NCBI GenBank assembly: GCA_950097015.1 | Contig: CATNEN010000007.1 | Location: forward strand, 9,238,001-9,302,000 | DNA from: Macrostomum hystrix | Lineage: Eukaryota > Animalia > Platyhelminthes | Direction: 5' to 3' | Length of the DNA: 64,000 nucleotides | Part shown: piece after piece, positions 49,266-61,102 of the stretch | Numbering within the stretch: position 1 is the first letter of the stretch | Layout of the letters: every line of letters begins with the position of its first letter | Made by a program: the position numbers and the translations under genes | Notes under the pieces: model-generated | Seen by the model: only the letters and a program-made list of their open reading frames with translations | Told to the model about the DNA's origin: nothing | Database searches by the model: none

Positions 49266-50108
49266 GCCAAAGCAGCTCTAGGAGACTCGCTGGGACTTCG
49301 GCCAGTTGCGGTGAAGGAAACGCAGAATTTAGACTAAAAGTGAAGCGATTCAAACAAACAGTTGCTAAGGACTCCTGCTCTCATGGGCCAGCCGGCCCGT
49401 CTGACTCTGCACCGGTCTCCACCGCCCGAATCTACAGAAGCCCACTGTAGCCCTCCCTCCTTCTTACTGTCCCATTTTGCTCCCCGTGTCTCGGTTTGTC
49501 TGCCTCTCTCCCCGATGAAGAAGTGCGCACTCAAAGTTGTTCCGCTTGTTCGTGTCTGCTCGCAGCACTCGGCAGTTCCGAGGTCTCAAGCAAAGCTTGA
49601 ATCTTTTAACCTTTCTACGTCGACCTGAATGTGAAAGGCGAAAAATAAAACTGAAATACTGCAAGGCAAGCTGAGCCGGCATTCGTCTATCATCGTCCTT
49701 TCTTACATGGTCATTGTCGAAGACGGAAGAGCAACTCAGCAAGATGCTGCGAAACGACCCCCAGTCCCTGGACACAGCATAGGGACTCAAGACATCATTC
49801 ATAATTAACAGCATGGCCTCCGGTGCGCAACTGGGCCTACCAAATTCATTTAGCAGCTTGAGCAATCGAATATGGCTCGAGAAATTTCCTATTATAACAG
49901 GAAATGTTAATTTGATTTTAATCGTAGTCTAACGCTGTCTGTCTGTCGCCTCCAGGCAAAGAGCGATCGAGTGATATTGAAATACTTTCTCATTTGTTCA
50001 ATTTAAAAATGACGACTTAAGGAGGGTCCGTATGCTTCTATTTAGATTTGGAAGAAGTATAGACTAGCAAGTAGGGCCCTATCTGAGAGTATGATAAAGA
50101 TAACATAT

Positions 50109-50373
50109 TTGCTGCTGGTTGTGGGCACTGGCAAATCATTTAGTGCCACTAGACCCACAGCCAGCGAGGAGGCAGTTTTGCCCATTTTGCTGACTCCAGA
50201 GCACACATGCACACAGACTCTGTACGCAGCCCCACACTCACACAGGTGTGTACATCTGCTGACTTTCTCATCGTCAGGCAGTGCACAATTTCACTGTGCC
50301 TTGGAGGTAGGCCCTCATGGGCATATATTGCACGACAAGTCACCAAGCCTTCTCTCCGCGGCTGCGCCCCAAT
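50109..50373 (-). mobile_element. 5'-truncated tRNA-SINE copy
   Basis: Body homologous to the other copies; lacks the A/B-box head. Confidence 0.82.
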
Positions 50374-51762
50374 GATGCCCCGCGGATGCATCGTAATCTT
50401 AGCCAGATTGAGTTGTATCGATATGGAACTAGTTTTCTTTATGTCGGTCACGAGTTCGAAGCTTTATCCACTGGGCTAAAGCATGTGAGGTTGTGACTCA
50501 GTAGCTATGTTGTCGAGTTCGTGATAGCGGAACGCCATTTAGACAGTTTAGACTTATGTACATGGACAGCGACGACAAACTGTCCCAAAACTGCATCAAT
50601 GATAGATCGAGCTTCATGTCGTGAGCTTCAAATCGGAGATAAGATACGAAGCTGCTTATCCAGCTGCATTCGATGATCTTGCAGATTCCAATTCCAGTGT
50701 AATTCGCCTGTCAAAGCAGTTTTATCCCGTTTCGTACATGGCTATTCAGACCTTAGGACTTAACACTGGAATACTGGCATAATTATATCGTCTCTGAGTT
50801 TGTATTCTCGTCAGTCTGCAAAGCAAAATACGTAGAAGCGGGGGTGCGAGGGGTGGGTTGGCAGAGCCCGCGCATTCAAATGACCATTGCCTTAGATTTT
50901 TGTGCGTAGGCATCCGGGGCTGCGGTGGTACTGAGTGGGTTGGCAGAGCCCGCATGTACGTAAAAAGTTTGTTCGAGACAGGCTACAGGCAGCAGATTAC
51001 AGACTACAGACAGGCTACAGAATATAGACAGACAACAGACTGCAGACTATAGCCCTTTGTGTGTTTGTTGAATGTATTAGGGTAGTTCGAGTAAAGGTGC
51101 TCATCAGCTGCAGAGTTAGTAAAGTACACCATGGCTTTTTATCCTTCTCATATATTTCGATAGCTTTCGTAATCTTCAAAAGTTATGTAGGATGACACAG
51201 GTCTCAACATGAACTTTGTCAGGTAATTCAATACAAAACAGAGGCTCAATATTTGAAGCTGAAAGTAGGCAAGCAATGAGAGTTCAATAGGTTAAGGCCC
51301 AAGCAAAAAGTATGGGAAATGAGGATATGCACAAGAAAACTAAAGCTGCGGCCGCGATCACGCAGAACTAAAGTAAAGCTGTGGGTACGTCGATCGTGTT
51401 TAAACAGACAGACGACAGGCTATTCAAGTATCACAACTGCCTTTCGTTTCCAACTGATCGGGTGTGTGAATTTGAAGCACCGAAATCAACAATATTTTTC
51501 TCACAATGTGATGCGTGAAAGGCCAATAAATCTGCGCATTTTCTCCCTCTTCTTCTCGAAGACAAATTACTGAAAGAATCAAATGACTCAAATGACTCGA
51601 TGACTCAAAGACAAAAACCTACTTTTGTAATGTACAGAAAAACTCTTGTGATGGGTTCTAAACACTTTATGGGTAACTTCTAGTATAAACTCGCAAGATT
51701 TTGCTCTTTGCTTTGTCTTAATAAGAAAGTGCATGCCTCATGAAGTATGTCTTTGAGGTCTT

Positions 51763-54700
51763 TCAAGATTCGGTCATGGCAGCCAGCTTCTGTCTCACAG
51801 CTTCAATCCGATCTTCATCCTGCGTCTCCAAAGCCGCGCGTCGCTCGTCCATGACAGCGTCCATCTGGTGCAGGCAGAACTCTACATGCTCCTGGCAGTT
51901 GCTGTAGTTGGCCAGCGCGTGCAGCTCCTCCAAGTCGGGGTCCGTCTCGAGCTCTCTACGTCAGTCGTCAAACACCTGTTCTTGACCGCCGAACAGCTCA
52001 GCCTGTAGGCTCAATGCCAGGCTGTGAAAGTTTACGAACAGGTGAGCGGAGCGAGGCTTAGCAAGTCGAGCTGTGAGCAGCAAGCAGGTGAATGCGGGCA
52101 GTCCGCGCGGCTGCTGCGGCGGCCGGCTCCACGGCAGGCAGATTCGCCAGGCCCAATCAGAGTCGACAGGCCATTGCCACTCGTAGGTTTTGCGTGGCGT
52201 GGATAGAAGCTTCATTAGATTGATGTTTCGATAGTCCAAATCGTTACTCAGAAAATCTAATGGCCTGAAAGATGGGGCCGGCAATCCGAATCTTCCTGAA
52301 AAATCTTCGATTTCAACAATTCTGGGCAAAGTGTTCGGCTTCCAGCTCCTCTGCACTGCCTGCCCGGTAAGCAGTTTCATCTCCGCCTCCGCTGCGGCTC
52401 TGTTGCCCAGTCTGAGGTGCACCATGGCTTGCAGGCAATGCACGGCGGACCTGCACCATCCCTGACCTTTGAGTGGAGCTAACGGACGCAGAACTTCCGT
52501 GCCATCGATCTCGCCCCAGTCTGGTTGTAGCAGCTCAGTGAGGCAGCCGCGCACCACGCTATAGAAATTCACTTAGCTTGTGAAGCTTTCCGTCCTTGTC
52601 GCTGACTCTGACGCCGTCAATCGGCAGTACTAGCGGCAGCTGTGTCAGTGGATGGAAGTAGAAGTCCTCCGATTCTAGTGAGCTTTTGCTCTAGCGATTC
52701 TTTGCGTGGTAGGTCTTGAGGCCAGGTTTGCCCATAACCTTCGGCAGCAGCCTCTTGAAGACAAACTTGATGATCACAAATAGCTGTCCCTGAATTGTAT
52801 TTAGGCTCCTCATCAGTTTTTTCACCTTAAAGCTGAAGCTCACACGTAGCTCGTTGGTGACATTTGGGCGCGTGGCTCGGACCACGTGAACATTTTCGCC
52901 TGGGTCTAGTTGCAGCTTGTCGAGCGGGTTCCGGCCGTAGCCGCTGCAGCAGGGGTAGGCGTGGCAAGTGTCCTGGGCCGTTCGAACGCGACAGGTGGAC
53001 ACGGCCACGGCTGGTTGGCTGCCTGCAGTTGCAAATGACACTGGATCTGTCTGTTTGGATCGAAACGGAAAGCTCAACTGGGACTTACCAGCCGGTGCCT
53101 TCATCTGAGCGGGCCCCTCGACAATCTTCAACAGTCCACCGGTTTTGATACTTTGCAGCACAGCGACAGCGTTCTTGGATGTGCTGCTTTTCCGCCGCCT
53201 GATGGATGTTGCAATCGATATCAGAGTCAGCTGCGGTCCTGCCGTTTACCTGGGCGAGGCTGTTTCCCCAGCCTTCTGCGAAGCTGCCAGTGAGTTCCCG
53301 GTTATCGCCTGTGACGATGCGGGCCATGCTCTGCAAGAAATCTGCCATTCTCTGCAGGCACCTGGCTCTGTCCTCGGTGAAGCCTGCGCTGTTTAGCAGC
53401 TCGTGCAGATCTCGGCTGAGTTTCTGTTTCTGCTGCTTTCTAGATTCGATAAGGATGTATTGAGCTAGCAATGATCGAGGACTTTTAAGTTGACTATTTT
53501 ATCAAGCTTTCAAGATTGAATCTGATATAAAATTTAATACTAGTAGATATTGTACAGTTAAGTCTCTGTCCTTTAATAACTATAGTAGTTCGTACTAATG
53601 CTTCACTTACGTTAATTCTGCAGTCACTCGGCGCATTGTTTGAAGAGCAACTGAGAACTTCCTCACCACTGCAATTGGCGCCAAGGGAAAGAGATAGTAA
53701 GCAATGGATTTCTCATATGTTTTTATTGACAAGCACAGCTCATTTAAAACCCACCTAGAGTCCATGAACAGCTTTAGCACTTCAGTGCGACCATAGTGCT
53801 CAGCAAGCTGCTTACACGCGACCTTTTGCACGTCTCGTTGCTCTGGATCAGTAATTTGGTCGAACAGTGTCCAGGTGGTGCGCACCTGACCTGCCTGAAC
53901 AGCACGCAGCAGAGCTGTCTTGCCGTCAATATCCCGAACCTCTATGGCCGCACCACGTTCGAGCAGACGAGCAACAAGCTCGTCATGGCCCTCCTCGGAC
54001 GCCAGCATGAGCGCCGTGCTGCCTGACGTGCCGTCTTGAAGATTCATATCAGACACATGAGGCAGCAGAGCAGCTGCGAGACCTACCTGAGCAGTAGAAA
54101 TCCAGGCGAGCAATAGTTTGAACATGTCCGCCTGACAAAGCTGCGTCCCCAAAACTACAACGAAAGACGTCATGCTTTCCAGATCATCGCTGTTTGCAGC
54201 ACTTCGCGCTGCCTCCAAACAACACGAGGCTTTCAACTGGGCGTCAGAGATGGCCGCAATGACCTCGGGGACAGTTGTGAAATGACCGCCATCGATCCAA
54301 ATTCTCGCTGCTTCTTCACAGCACTGGGCCTTGAGCTCTGGTTCTGTTATGCTTTGAACAAAGAGATCAACGAGATTCAGATCTCCTGCTAAAGCTGAAA
54401 GCTTGGCTGCTTGATTGCAGCAGTGGCTCTTAAGTAGCTGGTCATCAATGGTAATGACGGCTTCGTTGTTACTGAGGTGGCCCTTTTCTGCCGCAAATTT
54501 GGCAGCCTCGTAGCATCAGTTCGATTTCGTACCTGAGTCCTCAATGGCTTGCACCAGAAAGTCTGCAGTGTCCAAGTAGCCGGCCTGGGCTGCAGTCTTC
54601 GCAGCCTCCGCACAGATCAGAGATTTTAGCATCGTGTCATGCAGCTCCGGCACCAGCAGTGCTAGGCCCTCAAAGTCATCGGAGCCTGCAGCAACTTCTA

Positions 54701-57162
54701 TCGCCCTCAATATGAGGCAAAGCTTCAGTTCCTTGTCTGCTATTTCAAGCACATCGTTTGCGCTGTTCTTCAGGAGGTCCTCTTTGGTTGCAATTTCTGC
54801 AACCTCATTGCAGATTTCAGTTTTTTGCTTTCATTACTGATGGCTTGCACAAGAAGGTCAGAGACTTCTAGAAAGCCGCTTCTGCACCAACGATTGCAGA
54901 TTCTGAGCAGCATAGGTTCCTAAACACTAAATCCTTGATGCCGGACAATATTGGTGGCGATGCTTTTAAGTTCTCCCGATTTTGCGGAGGCCTCAATGGC
55001 TTCTCTCTGGCACTGAGTTCGAGTTTCTTTTCTGCCAATGCTTTGGATCAGATAAGTCATCATTTCTCGGTCTCCATTAGTAGCCGCAATTTTTGCTACC
55101 TCCCTGTAACACTCATCCTTTAGTTGAGGAAAACTGATAGTTACTCCACATCCAAGAGATGACTGTTGAAAGCCAAGGTAGAAGCAACAGATTTGCAGCA
55201 CCTGTCTCTAAAAAGATCATCCGTGATTCCTTGCGTCAGAAGGCTTAGGGAATCTAAGTGACCACACTCTGCAGCTACATTTGCGACCTGCTCGCAAAAG
55301 TGATCGTTCAGAATGCTTTCTGAAATGGCGGACACTGCCTGGACAACATTATGTAATTCGACAATATTTTTGTCCCTTGCTAGCAACTTGGCAGTCCTCT
55401 CGCAGCACTGCTTCTTCAGCGTTTGGGACAATGTTGCTTCAACTAACTGTGATATCTCTTCAAGCTTGTCAGGGCCTTGCTTAGCTAAGGATTTCGCCAG
55501 CTTAGTGCAAAAATTATCCCGTAGTTGCTGGTCTTGGATTTCAGTTGTCATCTCGATTCCCGGGCCCGTCTGCCAGGTTCTTCTGTTAACTAGCCGTTTA
55601 GCAGCTCTCCGGCAGCACCTGTCCTTTATCTCTCTATCAGAAATCGCAGCAGCGAGCTGTGACAGCGAGGTGACGCAGCTAAATTCAGAATCGTTTTCCA
55701 TTGCAAGCTCGATGCACAGGTCCTTTATCTCCGGGTCCTGAATTGAGAGCACTTCGAAAGCGGAAAGTTTCTATAATAACCTCTGTCTTTAAAACACTTA
55801 GTGTTGCCTTGCAACAGTGCAACTTCGATTCTCTATCAATAATTGCCTGGATGAAGGAACTTGCCGCGCGAAGATCGCCTTTGAATCCTGCCCGAATAAC
55901 AGCCTCAGAGCAGCAGGCGTTCCTTAGATCCGAGTCAGTGACAAAGGTTTTGACAGATTCTACATTAGCCAAGTGTGTAACCGCGTATTCAGCTGCATCC
56001 TTGGATGCTTGCTTCTTCAGATTTGTCAGAGATGGCTACGACGTAGTCATTCATCACCTCGAGCTGGCCAGCTTTGGCTGCAATGACGGCCCCTTCAAGG
56101 CAACATGAATCCCGCAGTTGCCCGTCACGAATATTCTGGAAAACGCTGCTTGAATCGGACAACTGCCCAGCGTACGAGGCACATTCTGTGACATCCTGGC
56201 AGCACTTCGTTTTAAGTTTCTGATCTTTTATCACTTGCACCAAGTAGCTTGCTGTCGCTAGCTGGCCGCTTGATCCCGCCAGTGCAGCGGCCTTGCTGCA
56301 GCACTCGTCTTTTAGCTCGGGATCCTCTATGGCCTCAGCCAAAAACTTCACTGCCTTCAGGCCGCCTCCGATTGTGCAGATGGTCAGTGTCTCCTTGCAG
56401 CAGGCGTCCTTCAGCTCGGGACAAGCGATGGCTTGGACGAGTTGCTGCATCAAGTCCAAATCACTCCTTCTCGCAGCGACAAGCGCAGGGGGCCTGCAAC
56501 AGTGGTCATTTAGCTGCTGATCAGAGATTTGAGCCAGAATTGAGACGCGCTCACTCAGGTAGCCACAATTTGCAGCTATTTTCATTGCTTCTTCACAGCA
56601 TTGCACCTTTAGTGTTACGTGATTGATTCTATTCACGTAGGTTGGCGAGGTGCTGGAAGAACCTCGGCGAGGCGACCAGCAGTTTCGGCAGCCACCTTGC
56701 AGCAATGATTGCGGAGTGTCTGATCGGTAATGCTTGCAATGAATCCGGCGTCGTTCAGTCGACCCAGCTTGACGAAGATGTTTGCCGTATCTATGCAGCA
56801 GCTTTCCTTTAGTCTTTCATCAGAAATGGACCCCAATAGCGTCCCAACTGTCTCGAGCTGGTCGCCGCAATCGGAGCAGCAACGGCGCAGCAGCAATCTC
56901 TGAGATCCACGTCTTCAATGGCCAGCAAGACGTCCGCCACTCCGTCAACTTGGAAAAGACCGCGCTCTGCGGCCAGCTGTGCCACAGCCTTGCAGCTACG
57001 GTGTCTGCTCTTTTGATCTCCGTCTGATAAGGCGTTCTTCGCGGCATCCAAGAAGCTTGCGCCATCCTTTGCCAGTTGAAAGGCGAGTATCGGCTCGAAG
57101 GTTTCCTGTCTGATAGAGATCTTCCACATCTCCCTGTTGAAGTCCGGAGCTTGTGCCTCCAT
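51763..57162 (-). pseudogene. Disrupted gene: Cys-Cys ankyrin-like repeat array + canonical ankyrin repeats + cGAS/Mab-21-like nucleotidyltransferase + helical C-terminus
   Basis: Consecutive overlapping ORF fragments from 57162 downward. 33-aa repeats; canonical ANK (GSTALMLASEEGH, GKTALLRAVQAGQ). NTase motifs TGSFAEG..DSDID, QDTCHAYPC, VHVV, ELRVSFS..KKLMRSL..Q..LFVIIK and LKTYHAK. Roughly ten frameshifts, plus an in-frame TGA at 51961-51963 followed by 65 more coding-like codons. Confidence 0.8.
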
Positions 57163-57734
57163 GTTTTTAGACCTTGCTGGTTCTTTCTGTGCTAATTAAG
57201 CTTTTATGTTAAGTAGATTGCAGCACTTTAGCAACTCGTGTCTTGAAGCTCGTAAGTAAAGTTTTTCGAAAACCTGATTTTCCAGTGTCCAATGGGCGTC
57301 TAATAAAGAACCACTTGTACGCCTCTGAATTTGCTCAGGACAATACCTCACTGTACGTTTTACCTGCAGTTGTACAAACAGTACTCGCTTAAACCCTCCT
57401 TTTTTGCTTCACCGTACACCCCTAGTGCATTTCCTCTCTTTTTCCTGAAACTGCACACTCCGCAATGCTTCTCATCATATCGTTTCGAGACATTTTACCA
57501 TAAGAATCGATTCGGATTAGTTGGGGCTCTTTCCAAGACGCAATGGCCATATTCTAAGGTAAAAATTGGGTCAATTTAGCGGAAAATTTGCTTAAGTTTC
57601 TCACGTTGAAAAAAAATTGTGCAATTGTGCATACTTCGAAAAGACAATCTATAAAGTAATTTTCAATCTTCAAGTAAATTGAAGAAAATTCTAGTAATTT
57701 TGTCTCTGCCATGGAGTGGTATACTATTGACATT

Positions 57735-59828
57735 TCAAAGAGTCCGCGCCAGCATCTGCAGATGTCGCTCAATGTGCTCAGGTGCCCAGCCGCCCAGCAG
57801 TAGGGGTACGCGAATCTTCCAGGGGCTTGCCAGCTCGCGTAGCCGGCCCACCGGGATAGCGGCGATGTCGCGAGCTGTGTCCTCCGGGGACGCGAAGTCC
57901 AGGCTGGAGGGGCTCTTGTGGTACTTGCTGTAAAAATGCGCGATTCCATGCAGATTTGTCATTATACATCGAGCTGTTGCGACTTGGTGTAAAAGCCTCG
58001 ACAAAATTTTTTTTGTATAGGAACAATCATGATTTATACACCTAAACTTATCAAAAAAAATTCCAGTTAGAAGACTTTACAGGCACAAACCCGCCAGTGA
58101 CATCTCCCGGCTCATATCCATCGCACTTAGATTCAACAGCCAGGGCGCCTAAGTATTGCTAAGCCTCCTATTAACAATTAACCTGTCCTCAGCTTGACAT
58201 AATGCATTTTCTAGAATATCCAAACCTCACTAAAACCGCCTGGCCTCACAAAGTAATCGTGAAGTTCTAAATCGGCTTGTCAGAAGTTCAGCGCAGTTCG
58301 CTACTTACGGCAAGGCCAGCTGGGCGCTGTCGGTGCCAATCAGGCCCAGCACGGCCAGGCCGGCGTGCACAGCCGAGCCGTTCATCGCCAGCTCCTGGCG
58401 CAGCGCCGAGAAGAATCCCTCCAGAGTGCGCTTGGAGGCGCAGTACTCGTAGCAGTAGGGAATGGGCAGGCGGGCTGCGACCGAGGACACCAGCACGAGG
58501 CTGCCGGCGGACTTCTCCAGGTGCGGCAGTGCGGCACGGGCGGCCTCCGCGTAGCTGAAGTAGTTGGTCTGCATGGCGGCCAGATGCCTCTGTGCCGACT
58601 CGGGCTCAGCCTGCGGCAGCGTTGCAAGGTCCGATGGGTTGATGTGGTTCACCACTACGATATCCAGACCGCCGCCCATTGCAGCGGCAGCTTCGGCCAC
58701 CACTTGGGCGGCTCGTCCGGGCGAGGACATGTCACCAGCGATGGCGTGCACGCTGGCTGCTCCCAGTCTGCGACATTCCGCAGACACCTGCCAGATTTTC
58801 GTGTCGTTTTACTAGTTAATTTTTTTTCTGAACGAGTCGATGCTTTATTGAATCTTCAAGACATGTTCAATCCTGAAGAGTTCGTTTTCTGCTATTGCGT
58901 CGAATTCCTGTTTACTCATATAATTACTTTGAACTGCAGGAGGGCTGCGGACAATGGCACATAGTTTTGTGACGCTAGACCCGCAGCCAGCGAGGAGGCA
59001 ATTCTGCCCATTCCGCTGACTCCTGAGCACACACGCACACAAATACCGTACGCAGGCACACGCTCACACAGGTGTGAACATCTGCCCTGACTTACTCATC
59101 GTCAGACAGTGTCCACTTCACTGTGCCTTGGAGTTTAGCACTCAAGGGCGTAAACTGCGCGAAAAGCCTTCTCTCCGCGGCTGCGCCCCAAATAAATGTG
59201 GCCTCGCCGCGGAATCGAACTTAGGGACCTTGGCGCGAGAGGCAAAGCGTAAAAGCTCTGCCACCGGCCCCTCTTTTTACTCATACTTTTTGACTCAGCA
59301 GGATTGGCAGTGTTATTTCTGTAATTCTTTCAATGAAAGAACCTACATTTCTATCCCCTTCTCTGACTACCTGTATTACTCGCTAGGCTTATCTTAAAGA
59401 ATTGTTTTTTATTTTTCTATTGCCGCTATTTTTAGTTTTAAAAAACTTCTCTCAATTCTTTCTGCTGCGTTGCTCAGTAAAGGATTAACTTTTTTTCAAA
59501 AAAGTTGAAACAGGTCCGGGCTGCAGCTATTTCTATTGTTGCTCTGCTAGAAGCAGTTCATTGACTCAAAGTCGAAGCCAACCTTCTGAAGCGACTCCAG
59601 CTGCCTGGCGTGCACGGTCACGTGAGCTCCCAGCCCGGCGTACACCTGCGCAAGGGCCTCCCCGATGCCCCGGCTGGAGCCGGTGACGAGGACTCGCTTG
59701 CCGGCCGTGTTCTCCCTGCTGGCCCGGTGCCAATGGCTGGCGTACAGGTCGTAGAACAGGTTTCGCGCAGCGTTGAACAGCACGAAGAAGAGCACAAGGC
59801 CCAGAGCGCCACGGATAATCAAATTCAT
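57735..59828 (-). CDS. Short-chain dehydrogenase/reductase, 11beta-hydroxysteroid dehydrogenase 1-like, 3 exons
   Basis: Exons 59828-59583, 58787-58309 and 57927-57735, GT-AG and in frame. N-terminal hydrophobic anchor, TGSSRGIG, VVNH, NYFSY, VSS (catalytic Ser), YCASK and LGLIGTDSA. Confidence 0.92.
58933..59271 (-). mobile_element. tRNA-SINE copy, near full length, in SDR intron 1
   Basis: Homologous to the other copies; B-box GTTCGATTCC on the minus strand. Confidence 0.87.
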
Positions 59829-61102
59829 TGCAGCTCTGCGCGGAAAACTTTTGCTTGTTGGCACAGAAAAGCATTCAATGTAGCTGCGAGTTACAGGTGT
59901 GCGAGAGTGTTTAAAGGGAGCTGCTTATCTGCTTAGAAAATATCGATAGTGTCATAAATGCGCTCACTGTCTCTGCCCCAGTTACTGCATGGCCACTAGA
60001 ATTCGCCAGCACTAAGCTATTGTATGTGGAGCACGAAAGGTCGAAGAACCTCAAATTGTTATTTAACAGATTTTATTGTTTATAGTAATTTTTCAAGTGG
60101 CACAGCTGCAGCTACTTCGCGGTTCACCCAATGGCTGCTTACAGCTGTACAGTATATGGTATAAACTCAAGTAAATTCTGGATGGTTTCGAAAAAAAGAG
60201 TTTGAAACTAACATTAAAAGTTAAAATCTCTAACAGAAAAAAAATGTTTTAAAGTGCAGTCATTTTGTCTGTTTTCTGCCCGAATTTGAATTACAAAGGA
60301 TGATAACTTCATTTTAAGTTACCTGAAAGACCTGAAAGATTTGCTGCTTTTAATGGAAACTTGCCCCAGCACTGACTCACAGTCAAGCTAAGTGTGAGAG
60401 ATACAATTCAGACTACTGACAGTAGAAAAGCAAAGACTTGGCTGCAAAACTCTCACATAACACTACAAAGTATCGCCATAAAAATGGCAAGCTTAAAAGA
60501 GACTTCTGTGCACACTAAGAGTGGTGGGAGAGGACGGCGTGTGGCTATGGCTGACTGACGAAGGCAAACAAGCCAGAAACCGGTCTCGGTCTGCCAGCGC
60601 GAGGTTCGTTCCCCACTTTTAGAGTGTTACACTAAGACTGGACTATGGGCAGAGTTTTTCTGTGGGCAGAAGAAGGCCGACTGGCTGGTAAAAATGCCAA
60701 GTAAACGGCAACGATGGCAATTTCAAGCCCAATGCAAATGCTCTATAGGACCCGCACTGTACATATGCTGCACTGTCTTATTGCTAAAAATAGGCGTTGT
60801 TCGCTCAAGCCGCTGCTGCAATGAACAGCTCAGGAGACAAAGCCAGCCCTAAATGCAACTGCTATTTGCCATTCATACTCATTGTTCCGTGTTGTTTTTG
60901 AGATTTAACCATATCAAATGTTGGTAGTGTAAATCGATTGCGACAGATGGGTAAGTTATACGTTAGTCTATTCTTTCTCATTTTCAAAGATTTGAATAAG
61001 GATTTCAAATGTAAGCCTGAAAAATCAAAAGGCAAAACTGAATCTTTCTTTCCACCAAAAGCGTCCTCGGCTGAGCTGAGCCAAGTCGATGGCTTAGCAG
61101 CA

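Noticed and set aside
49464-49890. 133-aa minus-strand ORF
   Set aside because: No recognisable homology and no partner exons identified.
60510-60630. Possible MITE with imperfect terminal inverted repeats
   Set aside because: The match is too degenerate, there is no clear TSD and only one copy in the window.
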